Below are positions 21,001 to 33,747 of a stretch of DNA of 64,000 bases, piece after piece. Every line of letters starts with the position of its first letter. Positions within the stretch are counted from its first letter, which is position 1. Under the pieces are notes generated by a model that did not search any database, was not told the DNA's origin, and saw nothing but the letters and a program-made list of their open reading frames with translations. The position numbers and the translations under genes are program-made. Source of the DNA: Thermomicrobiales bacterium (GTDB lineage Bacteria > Chloroflexota > Chloroflexia > Thermomicrobiales > UBA6265); the NCBI GenBank assembly GCA_050696075.1, contig JBOGUF010000216.1, positions 54,165-118,164 of the forward strand, written 5' to 3'.

Positions 21001-21750
21001 TCAACGCGAAGCGGTTCGCGCGATCGCGAGGAACGAATCCGCATGTAGGCTGGCGCCACCGACCAAGGCGCCGCCTACGTTTGCACCGCCGAGCAGCTCC
21101 CCGGCGTTATCTGGTGTCACACTGCCACCATAGAGGATGCGAATGCCGTCCGCGACGTCGCCGGCGACGTCACGGATTGTGGCGCGAATCGTTTGGGACA
21201 TTTGCTCGGCGTCGTCGGGCGTCGCCGCGACGCCGGTGCCGATCGCCCAAATCGGCTCGTAGGCGACGACCCATTGCCCGATCTCGTCACCGGTCCGGTT
21301 GCCGATGGCGCGCCTGACTTGGTCACGGACGTATCGATCGGGACTTCCCGTTTGCCGAGTGTCGAGCGACTCGCCGACGCAGACGATCGGCGTGAGCCCG
21401 GCCGCCTGAACCGCGGTCGCCTTGTCGTGAACGATCTCGTCGGTTTCGCCGAAGGTTTGACGGCGCTCGGAGTGTCCGACGATCACGAAGCGACAGAGAT
21501 CCTTCAACATCGACGCCGCGACTTCGCCGGTGAACGCGCCGGCAGGCTCGGACCAGCAGTTCTGCGCTCCCACAGAGATGCCGCTGTCCTGGACCGCCTC
21601 GGCGACCGGAACGAGCCAAGGAAACGGCGGGCAGACCACAATTTCGGCGCCTTGGGAAACGCCCGCCGCGATCGCTCGTGCCAACGCCACGGCCTCGTCG
21701 CGAGAGCTGTTCATTTTCCAGTTGCCGACGATAAGGGGAATCCGGCTCAC
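21001..21750 (-). CDS. tpiA: Triose-phosphate isomerase
   Basis: IVGNWKMN, GHSERR, AYEPIWAIGTG. The GTG start overlaps the pgk TGA (GTGA). Confidence 0.95.
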   Translation of the reverse strand: MSRIPLIVGNWKMNSSRDEAVALARAIAAGVSQGAEIVVCPPFPWLVPVAEAVQDSGISVGAQNCWSEPAGAFTGEVAASMLKDLCRFVIVGHSERRQTFGETDEIVHDKATAVQAAGLTPIVCVGESLDTRQTGSPDRYVRDQVRRAIGNRTGDEIGQWVVAYEPIWAIGTGVAATPDDAEQMSQTIRATIRDVAGDVADGIRILYGGSVTPDNAGELLGGANVGGALVGGASLHADSFLAIARTASR

Positions 21751-22937
21751 GTTGTCGTCTCCTTCGCATCGAGCAGCGCGGCGACGCCCGGTAGCTCCTT
21801 GCCCTCGATGAACTCCAACGAGGCTCCGCCTCCGGTTGAGATGTGGGAGATGCGGTCCGAAGGTCCTGCCTGTTCGACCGCGGCAACCGAGTCGCCGCCC
21901 CCGATAACCGTGAAGCCTGGGTTGGCGGCGACCGCTTCGGCGATTCCTCGCGTGCCGGCGGCGAATCGATCTCGCTCGAAGACGCCCATTGGGCCGTTCC
22001 AAAAAACCGTGCGCGCCCGCGCAATTTCGGTGGCGAAGTGTTCGACTGTGCGGGGACCGATGTCGAAGATGGCGTGATCGGTCGGAACCGCGGTCGCCTC
22101 GATCACCTCACCGGCGCCGTCGATGTCTCTGGCAACGACCACGTCGTTCGGCAGCAAAAACGTCACGCCGCGTTCGCGGGCCGAGACGAGGAGGTCCTGG
22201 GCCTGTTGGCCAAAGTCACGCTCCGCCAGTGAGGATCCGATCTCATTCCCGGCGGCGGACAAGAAGGTGTTGGCCATTCCGCCACCGACCAGGATGACGT
22301 CGACCCGTTCGAGGAGGTTGGCGATGACGCCGATCTTGTCCGACACCTTGGCGCCGCCAAGGATCGCGATGAATGGCCGGTCCGGCTGTTCAAGCAAGGA
22401 ACTGAGCGCGCGAATCTCGGCTTCCATGAGCAAACCCGCGTAGGCGGGAAGGTAGTCCGCCACCCCAACCGTTGACGCATGCGCGCGATGGGCACTACCG
22501 AAGGCGTCGTTCACGTAGATTTCCCCGAGCGAGGCAAGTTCCCACGCCAGCGACGGGTCGTTCTTCTCTTCGCCAGGCTCGAAGCGGACATTTTCCAGCA
22601 GCAGCAAGTCTCCGGGTTGCAAGGTGTCGGCGGCTTCGCGCACCGCCGAACCCGTGACTTCAGTTGTCGTTTTAGTCGGGCGGTCGAGGAGTTGGGAGAG
22701 ACGGTCGGCGATCGGGTGCAGCCGAAATCCATCGACCGGTTTGCCTTTCGGCCGCCCTAAGTGGCTCATCAAGATCACGGCGGCGCCGCGATCAAGGAGA
22801 TTGATGATTGTCGGTAGTGAGGCGCGGATTCGCGTGTCGTCGCCAATGACCCCTGCCTCGATCGGCACGTTGAAATCGACGCGCACCAGGACGCGCTTGC
22901 CGTCAACGTTGGCATCGCGAATCGTCTGCTTTGGCAT
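21747..22937 (-). CDS. pgk: Phosphoglycerate kinase
   Basis: Trimmed to ATG 22937 ([25 protein letters not shown]). C-terminal [11 protein letters not shown]. Confidence 0.95.
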   Translation of the reverse strand: MPKQTIRDANVDGKRVLVRVDFNVPIEAGVIGDDTRIRASLPTIINLLDRGAAVILMSHLGRPKGKPVDGFRLHPIADRLSQLLDRPTKTTTEVTGSAVREAADTLQPGDLLLLENVRFEPGEEKNDPSLAWELASLGEIYVNDAFGSAHRAHASTVGVADYLPAYAGLLMEAEIRALSSLLEQPDRPFIAILGGAKVSDKIGVIANLLERVDVILVGGGMANTFLSAAGNEIGSSLAERDFGQQAQDLLVSARERGVTFLLPNDVVVARDIDGAGEVIEATAVPTDHAIFDIGPRTVEHFATEIARARTVFWNGPMGVFERDRFAAGTRGIAEAVAANPGFTVIGGGDSVAAVEQAGPSDRISHISTGGGASLEFIEGKELPGVAALLDAKETTT

Positions 22938-23016
22938 CGCGGGAACACCCCCTTGGACCCGCGGACGGGCGGCCACGTGGCCGCCTGTCCCAGGTCGTCG
23001 AGCGAGGTCGTCGTGA

Positions 23017-25570
<2,554 letters not shown>

Positions 25571-25671
25571 GCCTTGAGCGTCGGAACGGACGAGCGGGAC
25601 GAGTGAGCGTCGGAGCGCCTAGGGGAAGGCGTACGTGGGGGTGAATCGACATGACGTAATGTTCGCGCGCC

Positions 25672-25701
25672 TTGTTTTGGGGTGCACCGGGCTGGTATAC
25701 T
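25672..25701 (+). promoter_or_regulatory. Candidate promoter of the nusA operon
   Basis: TTGTTT, 18-nt spacer, TATACT, with upstream TGG (TGGTATACT, extended -10 type). Confidence 0.5.
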
Positions 25702-25728
25702 TTGGCCACGGAACCAATGCTCTGTGGG

Positions 25729-25762
25729 GAACGTGGGTCTCCGGCCCACGTTCTTTGTTGTT
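25729..25762 (+). terminator. Leader terminator/attenuator upstream of nusA
   Basis: Perfect 9-bp stem GAACGTGGG/CCCACGTTC with a 7-nt loop, followed by TTTGTTGTT. Lies between the candidate promoter and the nusA RBS. Confidence 0.6.
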
Positions 25763-25848
25763 CCGCCACCGGTGGCCCCGAGTACGCAGGGCGGCATACA
25801 AACCTCGCGGCCCTCGTTACCGTTGGACTATTGAAGGAGTTACGCGGG

Positions 25849-27189
25849 ATGAAGAGCGACTTCTATACCGCGATCGCTCAAATTGCCGCTGAACGGGGAA
25901 TTCCTCGGGACGCGGTCCTCTCTTCCGTTGAGCACGCGCTGAAGACCGTCTATAAGAAGATGGCGAACACGGAAGAGGAGGTTGAGGTCACCATCGATCC
26001 TGGCACGGGGTCGATGCACGTTTACGTGATTAAGCGGGTCGTCACCGAAATCGAGGATCCGCTCAACGACCTGCTGCTCGCCGAGGCCCAGCAAGCCGCA
26101 CCGGACGCGCAGCTGGGCGATCAGATTCGGATCGAACGAACGCCCGACAATTTCGGGCGCATTGCCGCACAAACCGCGAAGCAAGTCGTGCTTCAGCGTA
26201 TCCGCGACTACGAACGCGACAGTGTTTACGAAGAGTTCCAGGACAAGCAAGGCGAAGTCCTGAATGGCTTAGTGCAGCGAGCCGATTCCCGGGCCGTCAT
26301 TGTGGAGCTGGCCAAGGCCGAGGCCGTGATGCCCGTTCGCGAGCAGGTCGGAACGGAGCGCTACCGGCCGGGACAGCGGATCAAGGTGTACCTCGTCGAA
26401 GTCAACAAGGATCAGCGCGGACCGCAGTTGATCGTGTCGCGCTCACACCCGAACTTGATACGTCGCCTCTTCGAGATGGAAGTGCCGGAGATCTTCAGCG
26501 GAGCCGTGGAGATCATGGAGGTCGCGCGAGAGCCGGGATTGCGATCGAAGGTGGCCGTCGCGGCGCGACAAGAAAAGGTCGATCCCGTCGGCTCGTGCGT
26601 CGGCATTCGTGGCGTGCGGATCCAGAACATCGTCAACGAGCTTTACGGAGAGAAGATTGACGTCATCGAATGGTCGCCCGACACGGCGTCCTTTATCGCA
26701 AACGCGCTCAGCCCGGCCAAGCCGACAAACGTCTCGCTCAACGAGGCGGAGAAGATCGCGACGGTCATCGTGCCGACCGACCAAATGTCGCTCGCTATCG
26801 GCAAAGAAGGGCAAAACGCGCGGCTGGCGTTCAAACTGACCGGCTGGCGGATCGATATCAAAGATCCCGAATCGCTCCGTGGCCAGGATCTTGATCTGTT
26901 CCGGCAGGCGCGCGCTGAGGTTCCCGATGACTTCGGATGGCAAGGCCGCCAGCCGCGGCTCGTTCGTGCCGACGGGACGATCAGCGTGCGCGAGCAGGAG
27001 TTCGGTCCACTTGCGTCTGAACTGGTCGGCATGAGCGTCGACGTCGAGGTGCGTGGTGACGTGCTGGAGGTCTATTACAACCGGGAACTTCGAGCTCGTT
27101 TCGAGACTGCCAGCGGCAGAGAGTTGTCCCTCGACGATGTGAGCAACCCGGCGGAGACCTCGCTTTCCGGCGTCGCTCCGAGCGAGTAG
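25849..27189 (+). CDS. nusA: Transcription termination/antitermination factor NusA
   Basis: Trimmed to ATG 25849 after GAAGGAG. NusA N-domain, S1 and two KH domains (SRSHPNLIRRLFEMEVPEI, GSCVGIRGVRIQNIVNEL). Confidence 0.95.
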   Translation: MKSDFYTAIAQIAAERGIPRDAVLSSVEHALKTVYKKMANTEEEVEVTIDPGTGSMHVYVIKRVVTEIEDPLNDLLLAEAQQAAPDAQLGDQIRIERTPDNFGRIAAQTAKQVVLQRIRDYERDSVYEEFQDKQGEVLNGLVQRADSRAVIVELAKAEAVMPVREQVGTERYRPGQRIKVYLVEVNKDQRGPQLIVSRSHPNLIRRLFEMEVPEIFSGAVEIMEVAREPGLRSKVAVAARQEKVDPVGSCVGIRGVRIQNIVNELYGEKIDVIEWSPDTASFIANALSPAKPTNVSLNEAEKIATVIVPTDQMSLAIGKEGQNARLAFKLTGWRIDIKDPESLRGQDLDLFRQARAEVPDDFGWQGRQPRLVRADGTISVREQEFGPLASELVGMSVDVEVRGDVLEVYYNRELRARFETASGRELSLDDVSNPAETSLSGVAPSE

Positions 27190-27207
27190 CGTTGGCAAAG
27201 AGAGGCA

Positions 27208-27573
27208 TTGATGGCGGGTACGGCGGCTGTCGCGCGGCGCGCTTCGCGCAAGGGTCCACGACCGAAACACGTGCCGCAACGCATGTGTGTCTCGTGTCGC
27301 GAGCGGTCGGCGAAGCGCGCGTTGATCCGGCTCGTGCGGACGCCGGAGGGATCGGTTGAGGTCGATCCGACCGGAAAGCGGAATGGGCGCGGCGCGTACT
27401 TGTGCGACGATCCGGCCTGCTGGGAACGGGCGTTGTCGTCCGGCCGGCTTGCGCAGGCGCTGAAAACGACCATCGATGGGGAGACATTGCAAACATTACG
27501 GCGATTCGCGGCCGAGCTGCCGCCAAAGGCGGATGCGGAAAGCGAATCGGCGCGGGAAGGATCAGATGGATGA
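27208..27573 (+). CDS. ylxR: YlxR/RnpM family (DUF448) RNA-binding protein
   Basis: RMCVSCRERSAKRALIRLV....GRGAYLC. Canonical position between nusA and infB. Its stop overlaps the infB ATG (ATGA). Confidence 0.9.
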   Translation: MMAGTAAVARRASRKGPRPKHVPQRMCVSCRERSAKRALIRLVRTPEGSVEVDPTGKRNGRGAYLCDDPACWERALSSGRLAQALKTTIDGETLQTLRRFAAELPPKADAESESAREGSDG

Positions 27574-29471
27574 GTAGCACGTACTACGAAAGCGAAACCG
27601 CGCGCCGGGGACGTTCGGGCGGCCGTGGCCGACGGGGCAAGTCGGCTCGCGGCAGTGGCGCTCGTACGGTAACGCTGCGGCGCGCGGTGCCGGTGGTGCG
27701 AGAACCGGTGTCCCTGCCGCAAATCGTGACGGTCGCCGAGCTTGCGGAAAAACTCGAGACCAGCGGCGTCGAGGTGATCAAGGAGTTGATGAAGCTCGGC
27801 ATCATGGCGAGCCTGAATCAACAGATCGACTACGAGACGGCCGCGAAGGTCGCGACGACGCTTGGCTGGGAAACCAACGCGCTCGTTTCCGAGATCGTGC
27901 AGCAGGCGGCGGCCGACTTTGAGAGCAGGCGTGCCGAGGCGGAGACGGACCCGCGGGCCGTCGCGCGACCGCCGGTCGTCACAATCATGGGTCACGTCGA
28001 TCACGGGAAGACGAAGCTGCTCGACGCGATTCGGTCGACGAACGTGGCCGAGGGCGAGGCAGGCGGCATCACCCAGCACATTGGCGCCTACCAGATTGAA
28101 ACACAAGGACGGAAGATTACCTTCCTCGATACGCCGGGACACGAGGCCTTCACGGCGATGCGCGCGCGCGGAGCGCAAGCGACCGACATCGCGATTCTCG
28201 TGGTCGCCGCCGACGACGGCGTCATGCCGACGACGCGCGAGGCGATCGCGCACATCAAGTCGGCAAACGTGCCGTTGGTCGTGGCAGTCAACAAGATCGA
28301 TTTGCCGGCTGCCAATCCGGATCGTGTCAAGCAACAACTGAGCGAGCTTGGCGTGATGCCCGAAGAGTGGGGCGGTGACGTGCCATTTGTCGAGGTTTCC
28401 GCCAAGGAAGTGCTCGGCCTCGACGATTTGCTTGAAGTGCTTCTTCTCGTTGCAGACGTTACTGAGTTGAAGGCGAACCCGCATAAACTGGCCAGTGGCG
28501 TCGTGATCGAAGCGAAGGTCGATCGCACGCGCGGACCGGTGGCCACGGTGCTTATTCAGAGCGGTACGCTTAACATGCGGGATGTGGTCGTGGCCGGGGC
28601 GACCTGGGGCCGGCTCAAGGCGATGTTCGACGACCGAGGCAAGCGTGTTCGGCGCGCGGAACCGAGCGCGCCGGTCGAGATCCTGGGGCTGTTCGACGTG
28701 CCGCGGGCCGGCGATACCGTGCAGATCTTCGCGGACGACCGGGAGGCTCGCCAGCTCGTCGAACAGCGACAAATGCAGCGCCGGGTCGAGGCCCTGATGG
28801 GAGACCGCGCCGTCAAACTGCAAGACCTCTACAGCCAGGTGCAGGCCGGCGATACAGCCGAACTACGGGTAATCGTCAAGGCCGACGTTCAAGGATCCCT
28901 CGGCGCGATTCAGTCCGCCCTGTTGAAATTGAACGAAGGGTCAGACCAGAAGGTCCTGCTCAGCATTCCGTACGCCGGGACCGGCGCGATCAGCGAATCG
29001 GACGTTAGCTTGGCCGTGGCAACGCGCAGCATCATCATTGGCTTCAACGTCCGACCGGACGTGGCGGCGAAACGCGCGGCCGATAGTAACGGCATCGACA
29101 TCCGCTTCTACACGATCATTTACAACCTGATCGACGAAGTGAAGGCCGCGATGACCGGCCTCCTTGCGCCCGAGTATCAGGATGTGACGGACGGCTACGC
29201 CGAAGTGCGCGAGACCTTCAAGCTACCAGGCGGCGACGTCGTCGCGGGACTCTACGTACTGGATGGCAAGGTGACCCGCAACTCCAAGGCGCGCGTCTTG
29301 CGGGACGGTACGATGGTTAATGAAGGCAACATCCGCTCGCTGAAGCGCTTCAAGGACGACGTGCGCGACGTTGCGGCGGGTTACGAGTGTGGGTTGGGTT
29401 TGGAAGGCTTTAATGACCTCCAGATCAAGGACCAGATCGAGTTCTACCACCGCGAGGAAGTTGCGCGGTAG
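27570..29471 (+). CDS. infB: Translation initiation factor IF-2
   Basis: Trimmed to ATG 27570. G-domain [26 protein letters not shown]-rich N-terminus. Confidence 0.95.
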   Translation: MSSTYYESETARRGRSGGRGRRGKSARGSGARTVTLRRAVPVVREPVSLPQIVTVAELAEKLETSGVEVIKELMKLGIMASLNQQIDYETAAKVATTLGWETNALVSEIVQQAAADFESRRAEAETDPRAVARPPVVTIMGHVDHGKTKLLDAIRSTNVAEGEAGGITQHIGAYQIETQGRKITFLDTPGHEAFTAMRARGAQATDIAILVVAADDGVMPTTREAIAHIKSANVPLVVAVNKIDLPAANPDRVKQQLSELGVMPEEWGGDVPFVEVSAKEVLGLDDLLEVLLLVADVTELKANPHKLASGVVIEAKVDRTRGPVATVLIQSGTLNMRDVVVAGATWGRLKAMFDDRGKRVRRAEPSAPVEILGLFDVPRAGDTVQIFADDREARQLVEQRQMQRRVEALMGDRAVKLQDLYSQVQAGDTAELRVIVKADVQGSLGAIQSALLKLNEGSDQKVLLSIPYAGTGAISESDVSLAVATRSIIIGFNVRPDVAAKRAADSNGIDIRFYTIIYNLIDEVKAAMTGLLAPEYQDVTDGYAEVRETFKLPGGDVVAGLYVLDGKVTRNSKARVLRDGTMVNEGNIRSLKRFKDDVRDVAAGYECGLGLEGFNDLQIKDQIEFYHREEVAR

Positions 29472-29542
29472 TGGTAGCAGGGAGGGTGTGCTCGGCTGGT
29501 CGCGAAGGACCCGTCCTCGCGCCCCCTCTGAAAGGCTCGCTC

Positions 29543-29926
29543 TTGAGTAGACGCACCCGCCAAGTCGGCGAGTTTCTCCGCGAGCAGCTCTCCGACATCA
29601 TCCGAACCGAGGTCAAGGATCCGCGCATCGGATTCTTCAGTGTCACGCACGTCGAGATGACGCCCGATCTGCGCCTGGCGCGGGTCTACATTAGCGTCCT
29701 TGGATCGGAGGACGAGCGGACGGCGACGTTGACGGCACTCCGGTCTGCCGCCGGTTTTATCCGGCACCATCTCAAGCCGCGTCTTCGGATGAGGCAAATC
29801 CCGGAGCTCGAGTTCCGGGATGATCGCTCGATGGAGCATGCCGAACAGATCGCGCAGGCGCTGCGTAATCTGGGCGAGCCGTCGCCACCTACGCCGTACG
29901 CACGAGACGCCGGGAGCAAGCGGTGA
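29543..29926 (+). CDS. rbfA: Ribosome-binding factor A
   Basis: RRTRQVGEFLREQLSDIIRTEVKDPRIGFFSVTHVEMTPDLRLARVY. The start is uncertain: TTG 29543 gives a typical ~127 aa, whereas the track ORF begins at GTG 29471. Confidence 0.85.
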   Translation: MSRRTRQVGEFLREQLSDIIRTEVKDPRIGFFSVTHVEMTPDLRLARVYISVLGSEDERTATLTALRSAAGFIRHHLKPRLRMRQIPELEFRDDRSMEHAEQIAQALRNLGEPSPPTPYARDAGSKR

Positions 29927-30942
29927 CATCGCCGGGGTGGCGCATCGATCCCGTCGCGGCGGATGAGGCGATGCGGCGCTTCCGCTCAGCGCGGACGATC
30001 CTGATGCCGACGCACCAAAATGTCGATGCCGATGGTCTTGCTTCGGCGTTAGCGTTGATGCACGCGTTGAGCGAACTTGGGATGACCGTCGTGCCGCTCA
30101 TCAGCGACGGGACTCTGCCACAGAGTTTGCGATTCTTGCCTGGTATCGAGCAGGTCCGCGTCTACGGCGTCGATTCGCTGCCGGACTATGACTTGCTCTG
30201 CCTTGCCGACTGCTCTGACAGGCGTCGTCTGGGCGCGTTCTTCGAGGACGACCACAGCCGGGTCGACGGCAGTGTCCCGATTGTCAACATCGACCACCAT
30301 GTGACGAACGATCACTTCGGGGTGGTCAATCTGGTTGAACCGGAGGCGTCCTCGACGGCTGAGCTTGTCGCGGAGTTGTTGCGGCACTGGGAGTCGACGT
30401 TGACACCGCCCTTGGCGCAGTGCCTCCTGGCTGGTATCTATGGCGACACGCTTGGCTTGCGGACCGAATCGACGACGTCGCGGACGATGAGAACGGTCGC
30501 GGATCTGGTCGACGCGGGGGCGGATCCCGTGCCGATCGTCGATGCGCTCTTCCGCATTAAGCCGATGTCGACGGTTTGTCTGTGGGAACACGCGCTACGT
30601 GGTGTGCAATGGACAGGACCGCTGATTTGGACCGAAGTGACCAAGGAAACCCTCGCAAACTGCGGCGCCACGGCGTCTGAAGCCGAAGGACTCGTCAACT
30701 TCCTTGCCGGCACAGAGGGCTCACGAGCAGCCGCCATCTTGTACCAGACGGAGACGGGCTGGCGCGTGAGCCTGCGCAGCCTTCCAGTCGACGTGGACGT
30801 GGCCGCAATCGCTTCGGAGTTTGGCGGCGGTGGGCACCCCCGGGCAGCCGGGTGTACCGTCACGGGCGGCGAAGAGGAGAAGCAAGTCTTTCTCCGCCGC
30901 GTCGCTGAGCTTGCGCGGCCGCTCTCTACCGCGCACTCTTAG
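29923..30942 (+). CDS. nrnA: DHH/DHHA1 phosphoesterase (NrnA-like oligoribonuclease/pAp phosphatase)
   Basis: HQNVDADGLAS, NIDHHVTN, DHHA1 GGGGHPRAAG. Confidence 0.85.
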   Translation: MTSPGWRIDPVAADEAMRRFRSARTILMPTHQNVDADGLASALALMHALSELGMTVVPLISDGTLPQSLRFLPGIEQVRVYGVDSLPDYDLLCLADCSDRRRLGAFFEDDHSRVDGSVPIVNIDHHVTNDHFGVVNLVEPEASSTAELVAELLRHWESTLTPPLAQCLLAGIYGDTLGLRTESTTSRTMRTVADLVDAGADPVPIVDALFRIKPMSTVCLWEHALRGVQWTGPLIWTEVTKETLANCGATASEAEGLVNFLAGTEGSRAAAILYQTETGWRVSLRSLPVDVDVAAIASEFGGGGHPRAAGCTVTGGEEEKQVFLRRVAELARPLSTAHS

Positions 30943-30945
30943 ATT

Positions 30946-31860
30946 ATGCCGAGACGCCCCAGCGGTCCGCCGCGCTTCAATGGGATATTGGTCATCGACA
31001 AACCGGCCGGTTGGACGAGCCACGACGTCGTGGCTCGCGTCCGCCGGTTGGTGGGCGAGCGGCAAGTCGGGCACGCCGGCACGCTCGATCCGGCGGCTAC
31101 CGGGGTCTTGCCCGTTGCGGTCGGTTCCGCGACTCGGGTGGTCGAGTATCTTGCCGATGCGTCGAAGACCTACCTGGCTGAGGTCACATTCGGCGTGGAG
31201 ACGGACAGCCACGACATTGACGGCCAGGTCAACCGCTGGGCAGATGTATCACATGTGCCGGTTGGCGACGTCGAAGTCGCCCTGTCAGCTTGGCGGGGTC
31301 CGATCGAACAGATTCCACCAATGCATGCGGCGATCAAGATTGGCGGGCGACCGCTTTACGAACGCGCTCGCCGGGGCGAGGAGATCGATCGACCCCCGCG
31401 CCGCGTTGCCATCCATCACTTGGAACTCACTGAATGGCAGCCACCAGTGGCGACGCTAGTCGTCGATTGTTCGAAGGGGACGTACATTCGCGCCTTGGCG
31501 CGCGATCTTGGAAGCGACCTGGGCGTCGGCGCCTACCTCTCGAACCTCGTCCGAGTGCGAACTGGTCCGTTCGATCTATCTCACGCCTGGACACTGGCGG
31601 AACTGGCGGAGCTTGACCTGGAGGCCGAATGGCCGACAATCGCCGTGCATCCGGACGCGGCGGTTGAGCATCTTGACGCGCTCATATTGGACGATGATGC
31701 GACGCGACGCTGGGCGACCGGCCAGGCCATTGGATCTACATCTGAGACACTCGGCGTCATACGGGTCTATGACTCGGCCGGTGAGTGGCTCGGCATCGCC
31801 GTAGGACAGCCGGATTCGCATACATGGAAGCCCGCAAAAGTGATAGTGAGCGCGTCGTGA
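30946..31860 (+). CDS. truB: tRNA pseudouridine(55) synthase
   Basis: GILVIDKPAGWTSHDVV, HAGTLDPAATGVL. Confidence 0.95.
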   Translation: MPRRPSGPPRFNGILVIDKPAGWTSHDVVARVRRLVGERQVGHAGTLDPAATGVLPVAVGSATRVVEYLADASKTYLAEVTFGVETDSHDIDGQVNRWADVSHVPVGDVEVALSAWRGPIEQIPPMHAAIKIGGRPLYERARRGEEIDRPPRRVAIHHLELTEWQPPVATLVVDCSKGTYIRALARDLGSDLGVGAYLSNLVRVRTGPFDLSHAWTLAELAELDLEAEWPTIAVHPDAAVEHLDALILDDDATRRWATGQAIGSTSETLGVIRVYDSAGEWLGIAVGQPDSHTWKPAKVIVSAS

Positions 31861-32801
31861 TGGAACAGGTTGAGAGACGGCTGGACGACGTCGCGGTGTT
31901 GACGCCAGCGGATCGCGTGGTGACGATCGGGTCTTTCGATGGGATACACCGTGGGCATCACCTTCTCTTAGTGAGGACAGTCGAGCGGGCGCGAGAGCTC
32001 GACATGGCGTCGCTCGCCGTCACCTTCGAGCCGATCCCGGCTATGGTGCTCCGACCGGACCGCTTTCCCGGCCGCATCTGCCCGGCTGGAGAGAAGCAAG
32101 AGCGGCTGGTGGATGCCGGCTTCAACCACGTGTTGACGCTGGCCTTTGACCTACCTTTCTCCCGTCAGTCGCCGGAATCGTTCATGGAATGGTTGGCGGC
32201 GGAAACCGGACTGAAGGAGTTGTGGGTCGGCGAGGCCTTCGCCCTAGGCCGGGACCGTGCCGGCAACGTTGAACGCCTGCGTGCAATTGGTGAGATGCTG
32301 GGATTCTCAGTCGCGTCGTTGCCGCGATTAATGGACGACGGTAACGTCATAAGCAGCAGCGCCATTCGGACAGCGATTCAGGCCGGCAACGCGTCGTTGG
32401 CGCGCCGGCTGCTCGGCCGGCCGTTTCGGGTGGCCGGCGAAGTGATCCATGGCGCGCATTTGGGGCGTACAATCGGGTATCCAACGGCGAACGTCGAACC
32501 GCCGAGCGAACTGGTTCGCCTGCCGGACGGCATCTACGTCTCGTGCGCCCAAGTCGCCGGTGAATCGGCGCCGCGGCAATCGATGACGTACGTCGGAACG
32601 CGCCCCACGGTCAATTCCGGCATGCGCATGGTCGAGACACACATTCTCGACTTCGATGGTGATCTTTACGGGCAAACGCTGGCGGTGGACGTGCTCGAAC
32701 GGATTCGAGGTGACGAGCTGTTCGATTCATTGGAGGCGCTGATCGCACAGTTGAAGCGCGATGAAACGTCAACCCGGGCGTATTTCGCCGCGTCGACATA
32801 A
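31860..32801 (+). CDS. ribF: Bifunctional riboflavin kinase / FMN adenylyltransferase
   Basis: Trimmed to ATG 31860 (TGATG overlap with truB). GSFDGIHRGH. Kinase-domain GYPTAN, YVGTRPT. Confidence 0.93.
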   Translation: MEQVERRLDDVAVLTPADRVVTIGSFDGIHRGHHLLLVRTVERARELDMASLAVTFEPIPAMVLRPDRFPGRICPAGEKQERLVDAGFNHVLTLAFDLPFSRQSPESFMEWLAAETGLKELWVGEAFALGRDRAGNVERLRAIGEMLGFSVASLPRLMDDGNVISSSAIRTAIQAGNASLARRLLGRPFRVAGEVIHGAHLGRTIGYPTANVEPPSELVRLPDGIYVSCAQVAGESAPRQSMTYVGTRPTVNSGMRMVETHILDFDGDLYGQTLAVDVLERIRGDELFDSLEALIAQLKRDETSTRAYFAAST

Positions 32802-32812
32802 AATGAGCGCAA

Positions 32813-32842
32813 TTGACCTGTTTCGAGCGTGCGTGCTAGAAT
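32813..32842 (+). promoter_or_regulatory. Candidate sigma-70 promoter of infC-rpmI-rplT
   Basis: TTGACC, 18-nt spacer, TAGAAT. Confidence 0.6.
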
Positions 32843-32861
32843 CTTTCGGGTCTGCCGCTCA

Positions 32862-32900
32862 ACGCACGCGGTGTTCTTGCCGCGGCGTTTCTGCGTTTTA
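32862..32900 (+). promoter_or_regulatory. Leader hairpin with U-rich tail (candidate L20-type attenuator)
   Basis: ACGCACGCGG-TGTTCTTG-CCGCGGCGT (9 bp, one bulged A), followed by TTCTGCGTTTTA. Flanking CTCAAC/GTTGAG can also pair. Confidence 0.45.
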
Positions 32901-32940
32901 ACGGTTGAGTCCGAAGCGGTAGACTAAGAGGAGGAGAACC

Positions 32941-33543
32941 CTGACCAGACCAATTCAAACTCGCGTGAATGAGCGTATTCGGATCCGGGAAGTTCGTCTG
33001 ATCGACGAGGAGGGGAACCAGGTCGGCATCATTCCGACGCGCGATGCCATGGACATGGCTCGCGAGCGAGGACTCGACCTCGTCGAGGTTGCGCCAAATG
33101 CCGTCCCTCCGGTCTGCCGGCTGATGGACTACGGAAAGTTCCGGTACGAACAGAGCCGCAAGGAACGCGAGTCGCGCCGGCACCAACATGTGATCAGATT
33201 GAAGGAAGTTCGCATCCGACCCAAGATCGACGATCACGATCTGGAAACACGAGGTCGTCAGGCGGCGAAGTTCCTGGATGCTGGCGATAAGGTGAAACTC
33301 ACCGTCCTCTTTCGGGGACGGGAGATGGCCCATCCGGACATCGGCCGGGGTCTTCTGGATCAACTCGCCGATCAGTTACGGCCGCACGGCGCGGTCGAAC
33401 AGACGCCCCGGATGGAGGGGCGGACGATGACGATGATTCTGAATCCGCTACGCCAGAAGCAGAGTCAACATGAAAAGGAGGGTGGGCAGCGTCGTGTCGA
33501 AGCTCAAGCTCAAGACGCACAAGGGAGCGAAGCGCCGGTTTAA
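32941..33543 (+). CDS. infC: Translation initiation factor IF-3 (probable non-canonical start)
   Basis: VNERIRIREVRLIDEEGNQVGI..., LVEVAP...PVCRLMDYGKFRYE, KEVRIRPKIDDHD. The SD AAGAGGAGGAG ends ~5 nt before in-frame CTG 32941. ATT 32953 and GTG 32965 are alternatives. There is no in-frame ATG near the SD. Confidence 0.85.
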   Translation: MTRPIQTRVNERIRIREVRLIDEEGNQVGIIPTRDAMDMARERGLDLVEVAPNAVPPVCRLMDYGKFRYEQSRKERESRRHQHVIRLKEVRIRPKIDDHDLETRGRQAAKFLDAGDKVKLTVLFRGREMAHPDIGRGLLDQLADQLRPHGAVEQTPRMEGRTMTMILNPLRQKQSQHEKEGGQRRVEAQAQDAQGSEAPV

Positions 33544-33700
33544 GATCACGGCAACCGGTAAGATCTTGCGCACCAAAGGGATGAAGAGCCACAATCGCCG
33601 GAAGAAGGCGCCCCGCGTGAAGCGCCAGTTCGATCGGATGCTTCCCTTGCACAGCGCCGACACGAAGCGCGTCAAGCGGATGCTGCCGTACGGCGAGTAG
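33494..33700 (+). CDS. rpmI: 50S ribosomal protein L35
   Basis: [19 protein letters not shown]. Trimmed to GTG 33494 downstream of GGAGG (33477-33481). Overlaps the infC 3' end by 50 nt. Confidence 0.85.
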   Translation: MSKLKLKTHKGAKRRFKITATGKILRTKGMKSHNRRKKAPRVKRQFDRMLPLHSADTKRVKRMLPYGE

Positions 33701-33747
33701 CGCGTTCGAGCTGCTTAGGACCAGGTAAACGAGGGGAAAGCAAAACC

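Noticed and set aside
32836-33363. 175-aa ORF antisense to infC.
   Set aside because: It is fully contained in the unmistakable IF-3 coding sequence on the other strand and has no recognisable motifs.
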